Source: Styela clava | Lineage: Eukaryota | DNA length: 64,000 nt | Direction of reading: 5' to 3' | Assembly: GCF_964204865.1 (NCBI RefSeq) | Contig: NC_135258.1 | Span: forward strand, 9,486,001-9,550,000 | In this document: piece after piece, positions 40,736-53,929 of the stretch | How the letters are laid out: each line of letters starts with the position of its first letter | How positions within the stretch are numbered: position 1 is the first letter of the stretch | The notes under the pieces: generated by a model | Seen by the model: only the letters and a program-made list of their open reading frames with translations | What the model was told of the DNA's origin: nothing | Database searches by the model: none | Position numbers and translations under genes: made by a program

Positions 40736-42514
40736 TGCGAATTTCATTACCCCGATTGCCTTTATTTGTCTTCTCTTATATTTCACTGACGCCACCACAT
40801 TGTTTTTTTCGGTAATTTGAACTCCGCGTTTCCTTTTTCTCAAATTTCATTCTTGGAACTTCAAGTTAGTTTGTGATCGATTGAAATTCTATTATTACGG
40901 CATAAAGAAATACTTTATAATCTAAATAACTTAATGAATAAGCAACAAATTGAGAACAGAGAAATCTACCAGGCCAAGTAAACGCTGAATAATCGTAGCA
41001 AAGTTCAAAGCTTGTTTATGCAATCGGTTTTGTTTCAAATATCAATCTATCGTTTAAAGATAGCCAGCTTTATATATTCGTGGCTGTTATTCCAATTGTT
41101 GAACCGAAAGGATATTTTCTGACAAAATTTATGACTGATTTCTGCTGAATGACTCTCACCTATAAAAATCTTCCATCGCACTACCCTTTATGGTAAGAAA
41201 AAAAAAAAACAGGCTAGGAAATAGGCGGGGGCGGTTTATTTAGCGGAGGCCGCTTAAAAATCGCTGATTCGAAATAAAACAACTGTAGTTTATGAATACT
41301 ATACCGTATTTTTATTATCGTATACTAAAACAAGCCAACTGCAATATAGTTATGAAATATTTATAGAAAATCACGACCCCCTCAAACTTGGTTGTCTTGT
41401 GTATATTTTGAAATAAGTTTTAAAATTTGTATTGTCTGGTTCAGGAAGCAGCGCAGATTATCTTTGCAATAATCCAGTCAATACGACAGTGCAAACATCA
41501 AAGCTGAAAAGTTAATACCATTACCTACATTCTTACCGTATTTTTTTTTATTTTTTTTAATTTTTCTATGTAAATGTATTTCCCGATTTTTTTAAAGTTT
41601 AGTCTCATATCCTCAGTATCCTGAACTCTTTTTCTGTTTTCGATACGAGTCACGCAGAATTTTGCTACACGTCCCCTGTCATAACGCATTGAAGAATGGC
41701 GAAGGCAAAATGAGTCGAAATTGAAATGAAATTTTGTAAACATATTACTCTTATTGTTACGTGATAAAGGGATATTTTGTAATCTGATAAATTTATTTCG
41801 TCGATGTGAATAAATAAAAAAGGAATTTGTGGCGTCACAATATGACAATGCAATAAGTTTTAATCAATTATGATCATGTACTTATTTTGGTAAGCTTTTT
41901 AAAATTATATTGTATCCTTTATTATTAATATTATTAAATAAATTCAGCCGTTGACATTAGACTCCAAAAAATAAAAATTATTTAAAAAAAAAACGCTATT
42001 TATGAGTTGTTACCTCGTTTTGTTATGTATTGATAAGGTCATCAGCAGACATCAGTGTCATTTTCGTCTGTGGATAATTGTTAGTTTTTTCTATCTCGCA
42101 GGCTGGTACTTAAATATTATGATAGATGTGAAAAAATTGCATTGGTTACGTTGAAATCTACTAACACATTTTGATGATCGGAATAATCACATAAAATTTC
42201 GACTGGATTCTGACTCGAGTCCAAACTGTCAAACAATGCAACAAAATGCTACGTTTCGTGAAAAGAGATTATGTTATTTTTAAGAAAAGAAGCTGGGATG
42301 CAAATAAGTAAGTATCATTATTTTTGGGTGCTCCGGAGTATGCGTACCAAAATGTCACACAACCTGAATAGTAACCGGTACACACATACTATGTTCAGGT
42401 TGTGCGTCATCTTGGTGCGCATACCCCTGGAGGTCCATTTTTTGTTTATTTTTAAAGCTTTCAATACGGTTATGGCATTGGTGGAAGAATTTGAGCTCTT
42501 AGCTCAGTTTAGAG

Positions 42515-42821
42515 CAGGGGCGGGCAAGGTTTCTAAACCAGGGGCCAAAAATTTTGCCCACTTAGTCTAGTGGGCCATGTAAGTGTAACGTAAAAAGTTA
42601 TATTTTATGAACAATATTTACAGTGTTACAAAGCAAAGGTGGAAAACAATATGCCTCGTGCGAAAACTAAATTCAACCGCAGTCTCAATAAATTCCTTGA
42701 GCTATTTTTAGCTAAAACATCAAAATTTGGTTTCAGTTTGATTGTGGCAGCATCAGGCGGGTCAGATTGAATTACTCAACGGGCTAGATGTGGCCCGTGG
42801 GCCTCACTTTGCTCATGTCTG
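42515..42821 (+). mobile_element. hAT (Charlie-type) MITE, copy 2
   Basis: Runs CAGGGGCGGGCAA ... TTTGCTCATGTCTG, flanked by GTTTAGAG / GTTTAGAA (8-bp TSD, one mismatch). Homologous to 9709-10013. Confidence 0.8.
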
Positions 42822-43596
42822 GTTTAGAAGCATGGTATCCTCTCGGTGTGTTATTGGAAAGTACCGTTGAACACATAAGGGACTATATATATAAGGACTA
42901 TACTCTACATATATTCCACCCTCCATTCTTTCGCAGCAAATTTAAATCTACTTCGCTATACACGATATTGAATCCTCCCTCTTCCAAATCTTTTTCTACA
43001 GTTATGAAATGTTTGAAATATAAAAATTTAATATAAGTAATTGTAGTTCGAAATTTACAACAGATTCTAATAGTACTTATCTACAATTGTCTAATCGTTT
43101 AAATTATACGACTAAATGTTATGGCTCGGGATACTTTTACAGTGCTATATAGATAATGTACGGGTGTTCTAGCAACGACGGCGACTGAGTCTGTTTTTAT
43201 TTTATTTTATTATTTTAGTGTATAAAAGGACGCTAAATCAAGTAAGTCGCTTGCAAGTTCACGTGTTTGTGATCTGACGTTGAATATATTTTTTTTAAAT
43301 ATAATGGTGAGAAATTCTTCGACTGTAAAGTTGTGTCATCCTGCTGTTCTGGATGTGAATAATATTGTAGTGTTGCTTGCAATCGAACCGAGTTGGTACA
43401 GCTTTCTTGGCCACACTTCTTCTGTACAAACTGAAAATGCATGAATTAAGCACATTCTGTGATCAAACAGCTTCTTTGAAAAGGCCTCACAACTTGCAAG
43501 CCCGAATATATTTTTTTGAATGCCAGTGGGCCAACTGGCAGCATAATAATGAGTCAATGACAGTCACAGCACATGTTCACACATAATCATGTTCGT

Positions 43597-43992
43597 TATT
43601 GGACACGGAGTGGACAAATGGATCATTTTGTTTCTTAAGTTGTTGTCGTTGTTCTTGTTATTGCTGTTATGATTTTTCTTCCTATCGTTATGAAAAAATC
43701 GCTTTTCTCTTAAACTTCTGGATCAATTGCTTTGAAATTTTGAGTGGTTGAAGATTGAATTTTGCTCTTGAAGGCTATTACTTTCATTCATTTCGAAAAT
43801 TTCTTTCTCTCCACTCTGGTCTAAGAGATTCGTTTTTTGTGTGCGATGACGTCATCAAAATTGAAAATAGCGCCCTTTGTGGCCATTCCGTCTTCGCACA
43901 GCGATCTTGTGGTCAACCTAAGTCGTGAACACTGCAGGTACGGTAATGCGAAAGACTGTTTACAGGTACTACTCCGTGTCTATACCTCTTGT
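43597..43992 (-). mobile_element. Family A (HINE-like) element
   Basis: Runs TTATTGGACACGGAGTGGAC ... CCGTGTCTATACCTCTTGT, the reverse complement of the family termini. Further copies lie at ~46497-46755 and ~57051-57335. Confidence 0.65.
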
Positions 43993-45261
43993 TTTGAATG
44001 AATATTGGTCGATTGATTCAGAAATGACTTTATAGGTGGGTGCGTTTCAGTCTGCTAAACGCTTCCTGCTAACCCACACAATTAGTTATTAGTTATATGC
44101 TAATCCACATATTAGTCATAATGATCCTACATACTCATGCTGAATAATAATATACCTCATGTCATGTGGTGAAAACGCATCATGCCTGAGGCTATCGACC
44201 GACATGGAAACTTATAACTTATTTCAACAATATTTTCAAATATATACCTATATAATGTATTTTGTCAAAATGTGAAATTGTGACTTTTACTTCATCACAA
44301 GACTCAAATTTTCTCAACAATATCTCACCTCCTTTTAATGTTTGTATGTCTTTGAAAGTTAAAAACGTTTTTTTTTGATAATTTATAATTTAATTTCGTT
44401 TGGTCAAGACTGTGTGTAATGCGAATTAAAAGTTTCAGAAAAAGGAAAATGTAAAAATATTGTAAATCGTAATATATTCACTCCAGCTCCTGTTGTACTT
44501 CCAGTCAGATTATTCAGAAATTGCACAAATATATGACGTGTTGATGCTACCATTTTAGTTCAAAGCGTTTGTTTGCTTATATTACCCACCTATCCACATT
44601 TGAGTGGGCTAGCATATTGTCTAGATTTAAGCGGCTGTGATAAAAGATATTTCGCTTCCATCACGCGCTATTATAAATGAGTCGTATCAGCATTTCCTTG
44701 TATCGTATGCTATATATATAAACTGTAAACTTGCTCACTCATATGTATTCTGGTCACAGCTGCGCATGGTTTATTTACACATATAACTTTGTTGGATTTT
44801 TATGCGATTTTCGTTGTCTATATTTCAAATAGTTCAATTTGTCGCTATCATAAAGAAGAAGGTATAGCAAACTTGAAAAAGACTGAGAATTGTCACCATA
44901 GAGAAAAACTATATTGAATTTTATAGAAAAGTGTCTGATTATTATATTAAAACGATCCATATCTCCAGACAATTAACAATGTAAAAAAATAGTTGCATTC
45001 AGATTAATTTTAGTACACTTCTTTAAATAAATGCACATTTCCGATTTAGTTAGTAAATTGAGACATCGTATCACTAAACATCAGAGTTTATAACAAACTT
45101 TAAAATGTGTGCTGTGCATTAATTTATGAACGGTGATACTGCAATAAAAGTACTTTTAATTTTTAGGTAAAACAGATAGCGTTTTTCGAAATAGAGAATA
45201 GTGCATATTATTAAAGCATATTGTTTAAATTCGACAAAGGCGAAAATCCTAACTTTGGAAG

Positions 45262-48200
45262 ATGGTAAGCTACTTTTTTCAGCTTTATCAATATGTAAAA
45301 CTGCTTAACAATTTGTCTTATTTTTAGGGAAACAGTCAGCCAACGAATGCACCACCCAGCAAACAAGAAGTAAGTGAATATAAATGTCTGACCAATAAAT
45401 TTGTAGGTTACGTGAAAAAAAATACATAAATTATGTAAAAAAAATTTCAATTTTTAAAAATAATGTAAAATATGTTTTGTTTATTTTTCTTTTATTCAAC
45501 TACAGAAAGTAAAAAAAACACTTGCTACAATGTGTGAAGCTGTTGCGAATGCTCTCCTAGAGTGTGCTACAATGGAGGATGAATGGGAACAGGTTGAAAT
45601 AGCGAATCAATTCAATCTTTAGTGAACTTGTCCAGTTTAAGTGGTTTACATATAACTTGTTTCCAAATTAAACTTTTACCAAATATTTTTGAATATTTAG
45701 TCTACATACGCTTCCTTCACTAAAGGCATAATGTATTTCGCGAATACCGAATATATTGTTTAAAATTCAAAATATTACGTTCTATTATGACGTCACCAAT
45801 TTTTAAATTAGTAAGTTAAAATGCTGGGTACGCCATTGTTCATCTTTAAGTTGATTCAAATTTATTATTGGACACGTAGGGGACATTGCGATCGTTAAAT
45901 TAGATTGACACCGAATTTATGTAATATAGTTCATATTCACTTAATCCAGGAGGATAACATAAAGGCAGCTGCCAGAGAAATTTTAAAAATATGTGAGAAG
46001 CAAGTAACGCACAGCGCTAAAGAACTCGTGGAGGCAATTAGACAACAGAATAGAATGAAGACATGTAAGCTGTTAATAATAATCTGTTTTCAGGCATTAT
46101 TCAAAGAAAATGTTTCTATTTGTTCTCATGTATATATATATTCTTTCATGCAGTGGTCAATATTAGAAATTATCTTTATAAAGATTCGAAATTTTTAATA
46201 AACAAGCAGACTTGCACAGACCGCAAATCATATAATAAATTCTCGATGCAGAATCGTGGGTAGACATAGTTAACAATTTTTTTTAATTTCGTTTTTTTAA
46301 TTTTGTTACATTTACATAAATGGTCTATTCCCCTAGCAATATCAGTAATCAGATGTTTTATAAAATATATTTTACATTCAACTTAAATACTTAGGCCAAA
46401 GTTAAATTCAGCTTCTTCGCTTCAGGGCAATCGATAAGCGAAATCCTCGCTTATGGTTAAGCATACGCAAATCGAACAATAGATCTATTCGACAAGGAAT
46501 GGACATATGAATCGTTTTGTTTGTTATGTTGTTAGAAGTTCTTCTTATCACTTTTTGAAAAATCGCTTTTCTCTTTAATTACTGGACCAATCGTTTTGAC
46601 ATTTTCAGTGGTTAAAGACTATATTTTCGCTAGAAGGCTATTACTTTTATTTATTTCAAAAATTTCTGTGGACTCTGAGAGATTCGTTTTTCGTGTGCGA
46701 AACGTCATAAAAAATTAAAAATAGCCCAGACACGAGGAAACAGACGTGTCTCAAATATTACTTTAAACTGTATTGAATAGTTTCTGTATACCTCTTATAT
46801 CCACAGTGATGGCATCTGCTGTTGGAAGCCAAGGAGCTAGTGCAACGATGTTGGTAAGTCGATTATACAGGTGTTGGTTTATCTTCCTTAGTGTTTTAAA
46901 ATTAACAACTGCGTATACATTAAATAACAGAAATTAAAGGCGGACCTCATGTTTTTGGAATTATTAAAAGTTGCTATTGACCAAAAAATGGGTGAAACAG
47001 GGTCTTCGGCGTCTTCCAGATCAGAATCTGGATCAAGTACGCATAATTCAACAGCTATTTCACACCCATGGACTAGAAAAGACGTTTTAGGAAAAGGAGC
47101 ATTTGGCACAGTATATTCAGCAGTCGATAACAATGGACTGAAATTTGCTGTGAAGGAAGTTCCGAGGGACGGGGTAAGGGATAAAATGATTTAATACATT
47201 TGCTCTCCACAAGCAGTAGTCTGGTTTACATTTGTGTTGTCACTTAAATCGGCCATTAATTTTCACAATATACACGAATGCTTAGGTGCAAGAAAGCTGC
47301 CTAAGGAATGAGGTCAAGTTGTTGGGAAAACTATCGCACAAAAATGTAGTTAAATTGTACGGCTGTGCTGGTGATAAAGAAAAATTTTTCATGTACATGG
47401 AGCTTATGCAGGTATATTTGTATTCAACAAATATTAATTATGTTTAGTGAGTTGTAGAGAGAAGATAGGCCCTACTCTGTCTGTTTTTCTCCAGTACTAT
47501 TAAACGTACTTTAGCGGAGTACACTCCAACTGAACTCCATCACTGGTCAATGAGCACACGATAGATTGTAAATGCTAAATGTTCGTATATTGCAGAGTTG
47601 TACGATCGACTTTTAAATCCAAATACACATATATTGAAATATACAGTTAAAATCCAAATCAGTAATGCAACAAAGAAAACATGCTAAACTCTATATTCTC
47701 AATTATGAAACAGAGGCCAGAAACACGTCATTGATCACTCGGTACACAGAGAACTGCTTAAGGCCTCACCCCGATGAATCGCCATCAAGGAAATAGGAAA
47801 AAATGACCTATTTTCATTGAATTCAACATGCTATTAATTCAAAGGGGTAAATGACATTATGTTCGAGTTCCTGCTAATCTTCAACTTTGAGCCGCGACAC
47901 TGCACTTCCTAGTTAAAAGTCACGTTTCATTCAAGTGGCAAGTCGCAACAAATTCCAAAATTCGAAGGTTTAAATAAATTGGGCGAGTCATTTCACTCCC
48001 GAGTAACAAGTCAAGTTGAGTCGCTACTGTTTCGAGTCACTACTTGAGAGCGAATCGTTGTAGATTACATAGCACTAATGAGCATGACATTAGGAGTTGC
48101 ATTGGCAAAATATTCACATCTTGATATTTAAAATGATTACTTCAACTATTTCCGTTCGTAAAACAGGGATCCGTAAAGGATAAAATAGAAAAAAGCGGCA

Positions 48201-51002
48201 TGCCTATACCGGAAAGTATAGCAAAGAAATATACCAAAGATCTATTGCAAGGACTGATCTATCTTCACCAGAAAGACGTTATTCATCGTGATATCAAATG
48301 CGCAAATTTGCTGTTGGATGTTCAGGGAACAGTGAAATTGGGTAAATGTTATTATCTCTAATAGTTTGTTTTGGAATCAGATATTTTTGATGAGGATTCG
48401 CAGTTAGAAAAGTCTCCAGTATAGTAAATAATATTGGCAAAAAAGAAAAGTTGGAGCGACTAGGACTGAAATGCGAAAAAGTTACTGAACCATACAGAAA
48501 TATGTTGATGCAATACATGCCAGCAATCTATATTTTCTCTAATTGCTCATTGGTTATACAGGTCAAGTTTCAACATATTACAGCATGTTTAACACAAGTC
48601 TAGATACAAAAAAAAATCACGTAATGTTTCTTTTCAGCGGATATGGGGATTTCTAAAATTCACAAACATGAGACAGCGTTTACAACTGCAGACGACACCG
48701 CAGGTATTGAAAGTATCTATATGTACATTGCGAGTTTGAGTTTGTAGAAATAACTAAGTTTAAACCATATCTCGCGCGGGTGAAGTAAAAGTGGCATAAA
48801 CAAACTATTTTAACATTAGCTCTCTTGGGGATTGTGGTCACCAGAGCAGAAATTTGCATTTTTGTAGTTTTCCGGCAATCACTCACCGTTAACGTGGGTA
48901 TTTTTATTAATAGGAATTTTTTTCGGTACTTTTGAATATTTTTAACATGGTACGCATCTTGATAAATTTTTCTTTAAATTTTAGTGGACATAGTGTTTCT
49001 AATTAGGTTTCTCCCATTAAACCATGGTATTCAGACTGTGGCCGTGTCGTCTGGTCCTGTTCTGAGGTTGCTTTTTCTGCGATAGCGGTAATATGAGTTA
49101 GTATATAAAATACAGGTAATTAAAATGCCATGGAAGAATACGTCAGCTCTTTGTATTAGAAGAGAATGTGTAAAACTAGTGAACAAACGTTAATGAAACG
49201 GAATAAACTTTTCTACCGGCTAGCCTTCATTAAATACTAATACCGTCAATAAAAATACCCACGTTAACGATGAATAATAACCCGAAACGTACAAATAATG
49301 CAAAATTCTGATATAGTGAATACATTCCATATAAGACCTAGGGTTACAATTGTTTTGTTTATGTCACCTTAACTTTTCCCGCGTAGGAAGGGTTTAAAAT
49401 GACTGAAGCCTATTATTACTATTATCATGACTTTATTTGCAAACAGTTTTGGTTGACTAAAAAGACTTATTTTATGCGTTGAAGGAACTGTGCCGTGGAT
49501 GAGTCCTGAGGTATTGAGTGGACACGAAGGGGGGGAACGATCCGATGTTTGGTAAGTTTTTGATGTTTAATTATAATTTTCTTCAAACATTCTATTTTCA
49601 AATTTATTTACAATATTTTTTATTTACAGTAGTGACATATACCGATGACCCGCGGCTCCAGTGCAATTCTAACTATGCAACCCCCCAATCCTAACCATGG
49701 CCAGATATCATATAAATCAACATGTATTTATATATTATTATTTTTAACAACTCCCAAGAAGACGAACGTAAAACAAAATCACAAATCAACTCGTCTTTTG
49801 GTCGGAAAAGTCCGTGGGTCGAAAAGTCTCAAAACCATATACACTTTGTTCCAGATACTACCCTCAGTTTGTCAATATACTGTACGTTTCTTTATATATG
49901 AATCCAGGGTCTACATGAATCCTGTGAACTCGGGTCTCGTCAGATATTTGGTGATAGTTCTGACAGAGGTGATAACCTCAGAAACATAGTTTAGCAAAAC
50001 CTGGTGTATGCCATGCTCTTTTATTGCAGGAGCGTTGGCTGCACTGTTTTTGAAATGGTCAAAGGAGCAGCACCTTTTCAAGAAGAATTACCACCTGTAC
50101 TATTGGCAATTATATTGCCGAGAATGATTCTTGGATTTGGGCACCAAAAACTCGTATCGGATCAAACTGACTTTGGTCCAACATTACAGGTGAATTCTAC
50201 ATTTTGAAGCATATTTTAATAGCAATTTCATCATGCGTTCGACGTTTTAACGAAGACAGTGAATATTCAATAGATTAAAACTAACAAGAAATGACGTCAA
50301 ATTAGTGATAGTTTAGTCTATTATATATTTTAACGAAGTGAAAGTGCTTATTATTTGTTTATAATGAATTTGAGTTTCCATAATTAGTATATTGATATTA
50401 GATTGGAAAACTGAATAACTTTTTTTCTCTTTCTTCCCCCTTCTCTTTCTCTCACCGAGGGAAACATAGCTCTAGCTAGCTATTCAGTATGCACTCGCTC
50501 TCTCACTCTTTAAGATATATACATATAAATATATATATAGCTATGCACTATGGTGTGTGTAAGCGTTTCAGGGGTATTCAAAAATTGGGCACTAAACCTG
50601 GACAACGCGGAAATACAATAATTAACATTGACAAAAAAAATGTTATATCTGAATTCCAGAAGTGGACACGGAAAAGATTCATTTTTTTTTAAAACTGATA
50701 ATGTTTGGAAATCCCTTTATTTACTAGCTCGGCATGGAAACTATAATGTCTGTAGTTCATTTCACGAAGTTTAAAATTTACTTTTCCGGGTATACGCTCT
50801 GTGCCAATTAATTATTGTGAAAAAATACCAAGGCGGTATCGGTATATTCAGGGAATTTATTTACATTAACAAAATTTATAGTCAAATTAAACAAAACATT
50901 CTATTTATTCTATTCTATCAGAATTTTCTTCTGAGAATTTTTGTCAAGATGGACGACCGACCATTTGCTGAGCAGATTGCAGATCATCCATGGGCAAGAT
51001 AG
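45262..51002 (+). CDS. STE11/MAP3K-type Ser/Thr kinase (403 aa). Exons 45262-45264, 45328-45369, 45506-45592, 45950-46064, 46807-46853, 46931-47173, 47286-47411, 48167-48341, 48638-48703, 49485-49551, 50030-50189, 50922-51002
   Basis: Kinase subdomains WTRKDVLGKGAFGTVY, FAVKEV, NEVKLLGKLSHKNVVKLYG, HRDIKCANLL, KLADMG, GTVPWMSPE, SDVWSVGCTVFEM, RPFAEQIADHPW. All junctions are GT-AG and in frame. The first three exons are less certain than the kinase exons. Confidence 0.9.
48758..49398. mobile_element. Element with ~150-bp imperfect terminal inverted repeats (MITE, possibly piggyBac-like) in a kinase intron
   Basis: 48758-48910 is the reverse complement of 49248-49398 (e.g. CGTTAACGTGGGTATTTTTATT / AATAAAAATACCCACGTTAACG). 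The ends read TTTAAACC / GGTTTAAA. Confidence 0.7.
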
Positions 51003-52257
51003 GCCGAAAAAAAGTGATTTAATCAAAATCAGGAAAATGATCAGAGTTGAGATGCGTTAAATTTAAATACTGGTTGTCTTTATTCTTACATTGGTAATAT
51101 ACATAACATATTATTATACTAATTGATCATTATAATTTACGCTACCGTGTTAATAATAACGGAATGCATATCTTTTGTACAGCGATGAGACATATTAAAA
51201 TTTAATTATTTTATCTCTTTTTGTGAAAATCATGTTTCAGTTAAAATCACTATATATTAAAGCGTTTATTTTGTGCGCTGTATTGCTGTATTAAATTGCC
51301 ACCGCCACATACATCATATTTTATAATGTGGTTGTGGTGTAAAACAATCAACTTTAATTGAAGAATTAATATGTATTTTGAAGTATATCAAAAATATATA
51401 ATTTGTAATTGAAAGCAAGAAAGTAATGGTACTTCCCATCAGGCCGCGGTATGGCACTGATGCCACGATAATATTCTATCACAGTCCAAAGTTAACGTTG
51501 CTATATTGGTAGCTGTTCCTTGTGTTGTTTTCATGATCGTTCAACTTTAACTACTAAATTCATTAATTTTTGCAACTTGTTGAATATTTTTGGAATATTC
51601 TTACTATTCATTACCCTCAGAGTTACGTCGTAATATTTTATTTTTATTCCAATGCCAAACAAGTTCACTTATGTCGGCGTTAATCTAGCCCTTTGCTAAT
51701 TAAATAAAACGAATGTTATTATCATTCGAACTTAGAAGGTCAAGAACCTGGTAGTCTCAACAAAGCTTATAAAAAATCTAGATGTTATACTGTATTCGGA
51801 AAATATTGGATATTTATGATATTCCCTGTGATTTTTTGAACTTACTTACGTCACATCCTATTTCATGCTAATGCTATCTTCAATTGCCGTGTAAAGTTCA
51901 TCCAATTCAATTTTGTCTCTTAATATCAATATCCTATATTTCAAGTATATGTTTTTTCGGCGTATTCTTTTTTATAGCTAATCGTGTATTGTTCTTCGCG
52001 CATTAGGCAACATTTTATGATTTCCTTTGCTGAAATTTTACCTTGTAAGCCTGCGTATAACTTTTATTCCTACGGGGTTTACAGGATCATCATTTTTTTT
52101 TAGTTCAAAGAGATTTTTATTATTCTTCCAAGTAAGTTTTATCTTCGTATATTATTTGTTGAATGTATCCTATTCAGAAATAAATTTTAACATAGAAATA
52201 TGTTTTGATGCATGTGATTCCAGAACAGACATCATAAATGTTCTTGACATAAGTGCA

Positions 52258-52561
52258 AACAACGAGATATCGATCGGAGACCGCCGACTTATCGATCTAG
52301 CGGCGTGTTTCCTTCGTTCTGGCTCAATAGCGACACCGCGTGTTCCATCACTAATTAATTAATACCTCGTTATTCATACGACATAATTCATTCAAAATCA
52401 ATAGGCTTCTGATCCGAGATATGATGAATGCACATGCAAAATTTGGAGCAGATTCAATTCGCTTTCGTGAGATATCACGTAACATACGAAAGTGTTTTAC
52501 AGACAGACAAACAAACAGACAAATGCCTATTAACATACGTACCGATCAAGATCGATAAGTA
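52258..52561 (+). mobile_element. Family B HINE/DINE-1-like element; a second copy lies at ~62790-63031
   Basis: Sub-terminal inverted repeat ACTTATCGATCT / AGATCGATAAGT and an (ACAG/ACAA)n microsatellite. The core GACACCGCGTGT..CATCACTAATTAATTAATA is shared with 62800-63030. Confidence 0.65.
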
Positions 52562-52799
52562 ATAAAGTGACGTATTTCACAACGCAGCGCAGCAAGACTG
52601 CTAAATCAAATATAAAAATTGTTCTGTTTTTTTTTTCATCATCGAATATGTATATTGGAATTATTTTTTTGATGAATAAAAGCTGGGATGCCTGTTAACA
52701 CTTTTTTTTATTGTCGCTTCATAAATAAAACGATTAATTACGAAATAATAAGTATCAAAGTATTTTTCGTCAAATCTTCTCCTTCGTTCAATCTCCAGA

Positions 52800-52903
52800 A
52801 TGAACATATTCGTAATTTTAGCGTTGTGTCTAGCAACATATGTTGCCCTGCAAGTGATAGCGAATGTAGGCTGCCTGTTACAGATAAAATCGATTTTGCA
52901 CAG
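52800..52903 (+). pseudogene. Lipocalin exon-1 relic (frameshifted; no downstream exons)
   Basis: Homologous to 54894-55010 but 104 nt versus 117 nt, a 13-nt deletion after the signal-peptide core. Homology stops ~190 nt into intron 1. Confidence 0.85.
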
Positions 52904-53669
52904 GTAATTTTCAAATACGTTTATATATTTTTTGTGTAAAGAAAATAACAACTACCTAGTTTCTTGAACTTCTTCTATAGTTAGCTGTGGAGTGAATGGT
53001 TCAACAATAGCTATATTTGTTTTCAGCGTATTATCTATTGGTGCGTAATGTGCTAAAAAGAAAACGGTGATACTTTTAAGTTATCTCAGTCATACCATTT
53101 ACTTATTTTGGTAAGCTTATATTCATATTAAATTTTTTATATTATTATTTAATAAGTTCAAGCACTGACATTAGACTCCACAATAGAAAAACTAAGCTGA
53201 ACAATATTTAAAAATATAGTTGTGATTTGGTTATTCGGTTTTTAATGTATTGACGTCATGAGTAGTCATAACAATAACGACATTGTGATCTGCAGAAAAA
53301 TAGCCGTAAATTCAAAAGCGCTCCCTTTACAATTTTTTTTTCAATATACAAAAGAAGCTTCAACCGACGTAATTGGCCACCGCCAGATTATTTGTTGGTA
53401 TGTAATGAGCGAAAAATATGTGATATTTTGTAACATCACGTGGGACTAATTTAACAATGCCTAAATCAAACATGAAAATTCATTCATTGACATGCAAACA
53501 TTTCACCCAATGGCTGCTATTTAGCCTTAATGCCTCAAGTTAGTAATTTGCGTGGTTTATAGTGAAAAACCTTTGTGTGGGTTTTTAGGGGTAAATGAAT
53601 GTTTGGAAAAGTAGAGAAATCAGGCGAATATTCAAAGTCATTCTATATTACATTCTATCTTGAATATAT

Positions 53670-53929
53670 ATGTCTTTCTCGGAGAACAGATATTGCTGAA
53701 TGCAAACTGTACGTTTAACTTTATCATGAATCTGAATGCAAATACAAGAAATGTTGTTTTCTTTTTAAAACAAATTTTTGCATAATTTATTGCTAACAAT
53801 GTCTTTTCTCGGAGAACAGATATTGCTGAATGCAAACTGTACGTTTAACTTTATTATGAATCTGAATGCAAATACAAGAAATGTTGTTTTCTTTTTAAAA
53901 CAAATTTTTGCATAATTTATTGCTAACAA
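53670..53929. repeat. Direct tandem duplication, two ~130-bp copies
   Basis: TGTCTTT(T)CTCGGAGAACAGATATTGC...TTGCTAACAA is repeated nearly identically. Confidence 0.9.

Noticed and set aside
41875-42040. Segment similar to ~53095-53260
   Set aside because: An AT-rich dispersed repeat fragment with no termini or coding potential to classify.
43233-43586. Overlapping ~70-aa ORFs in a locally less AT-rich patch
   Set aside because: No recognisable domain, no splice chain, and stops in the alternative frames.
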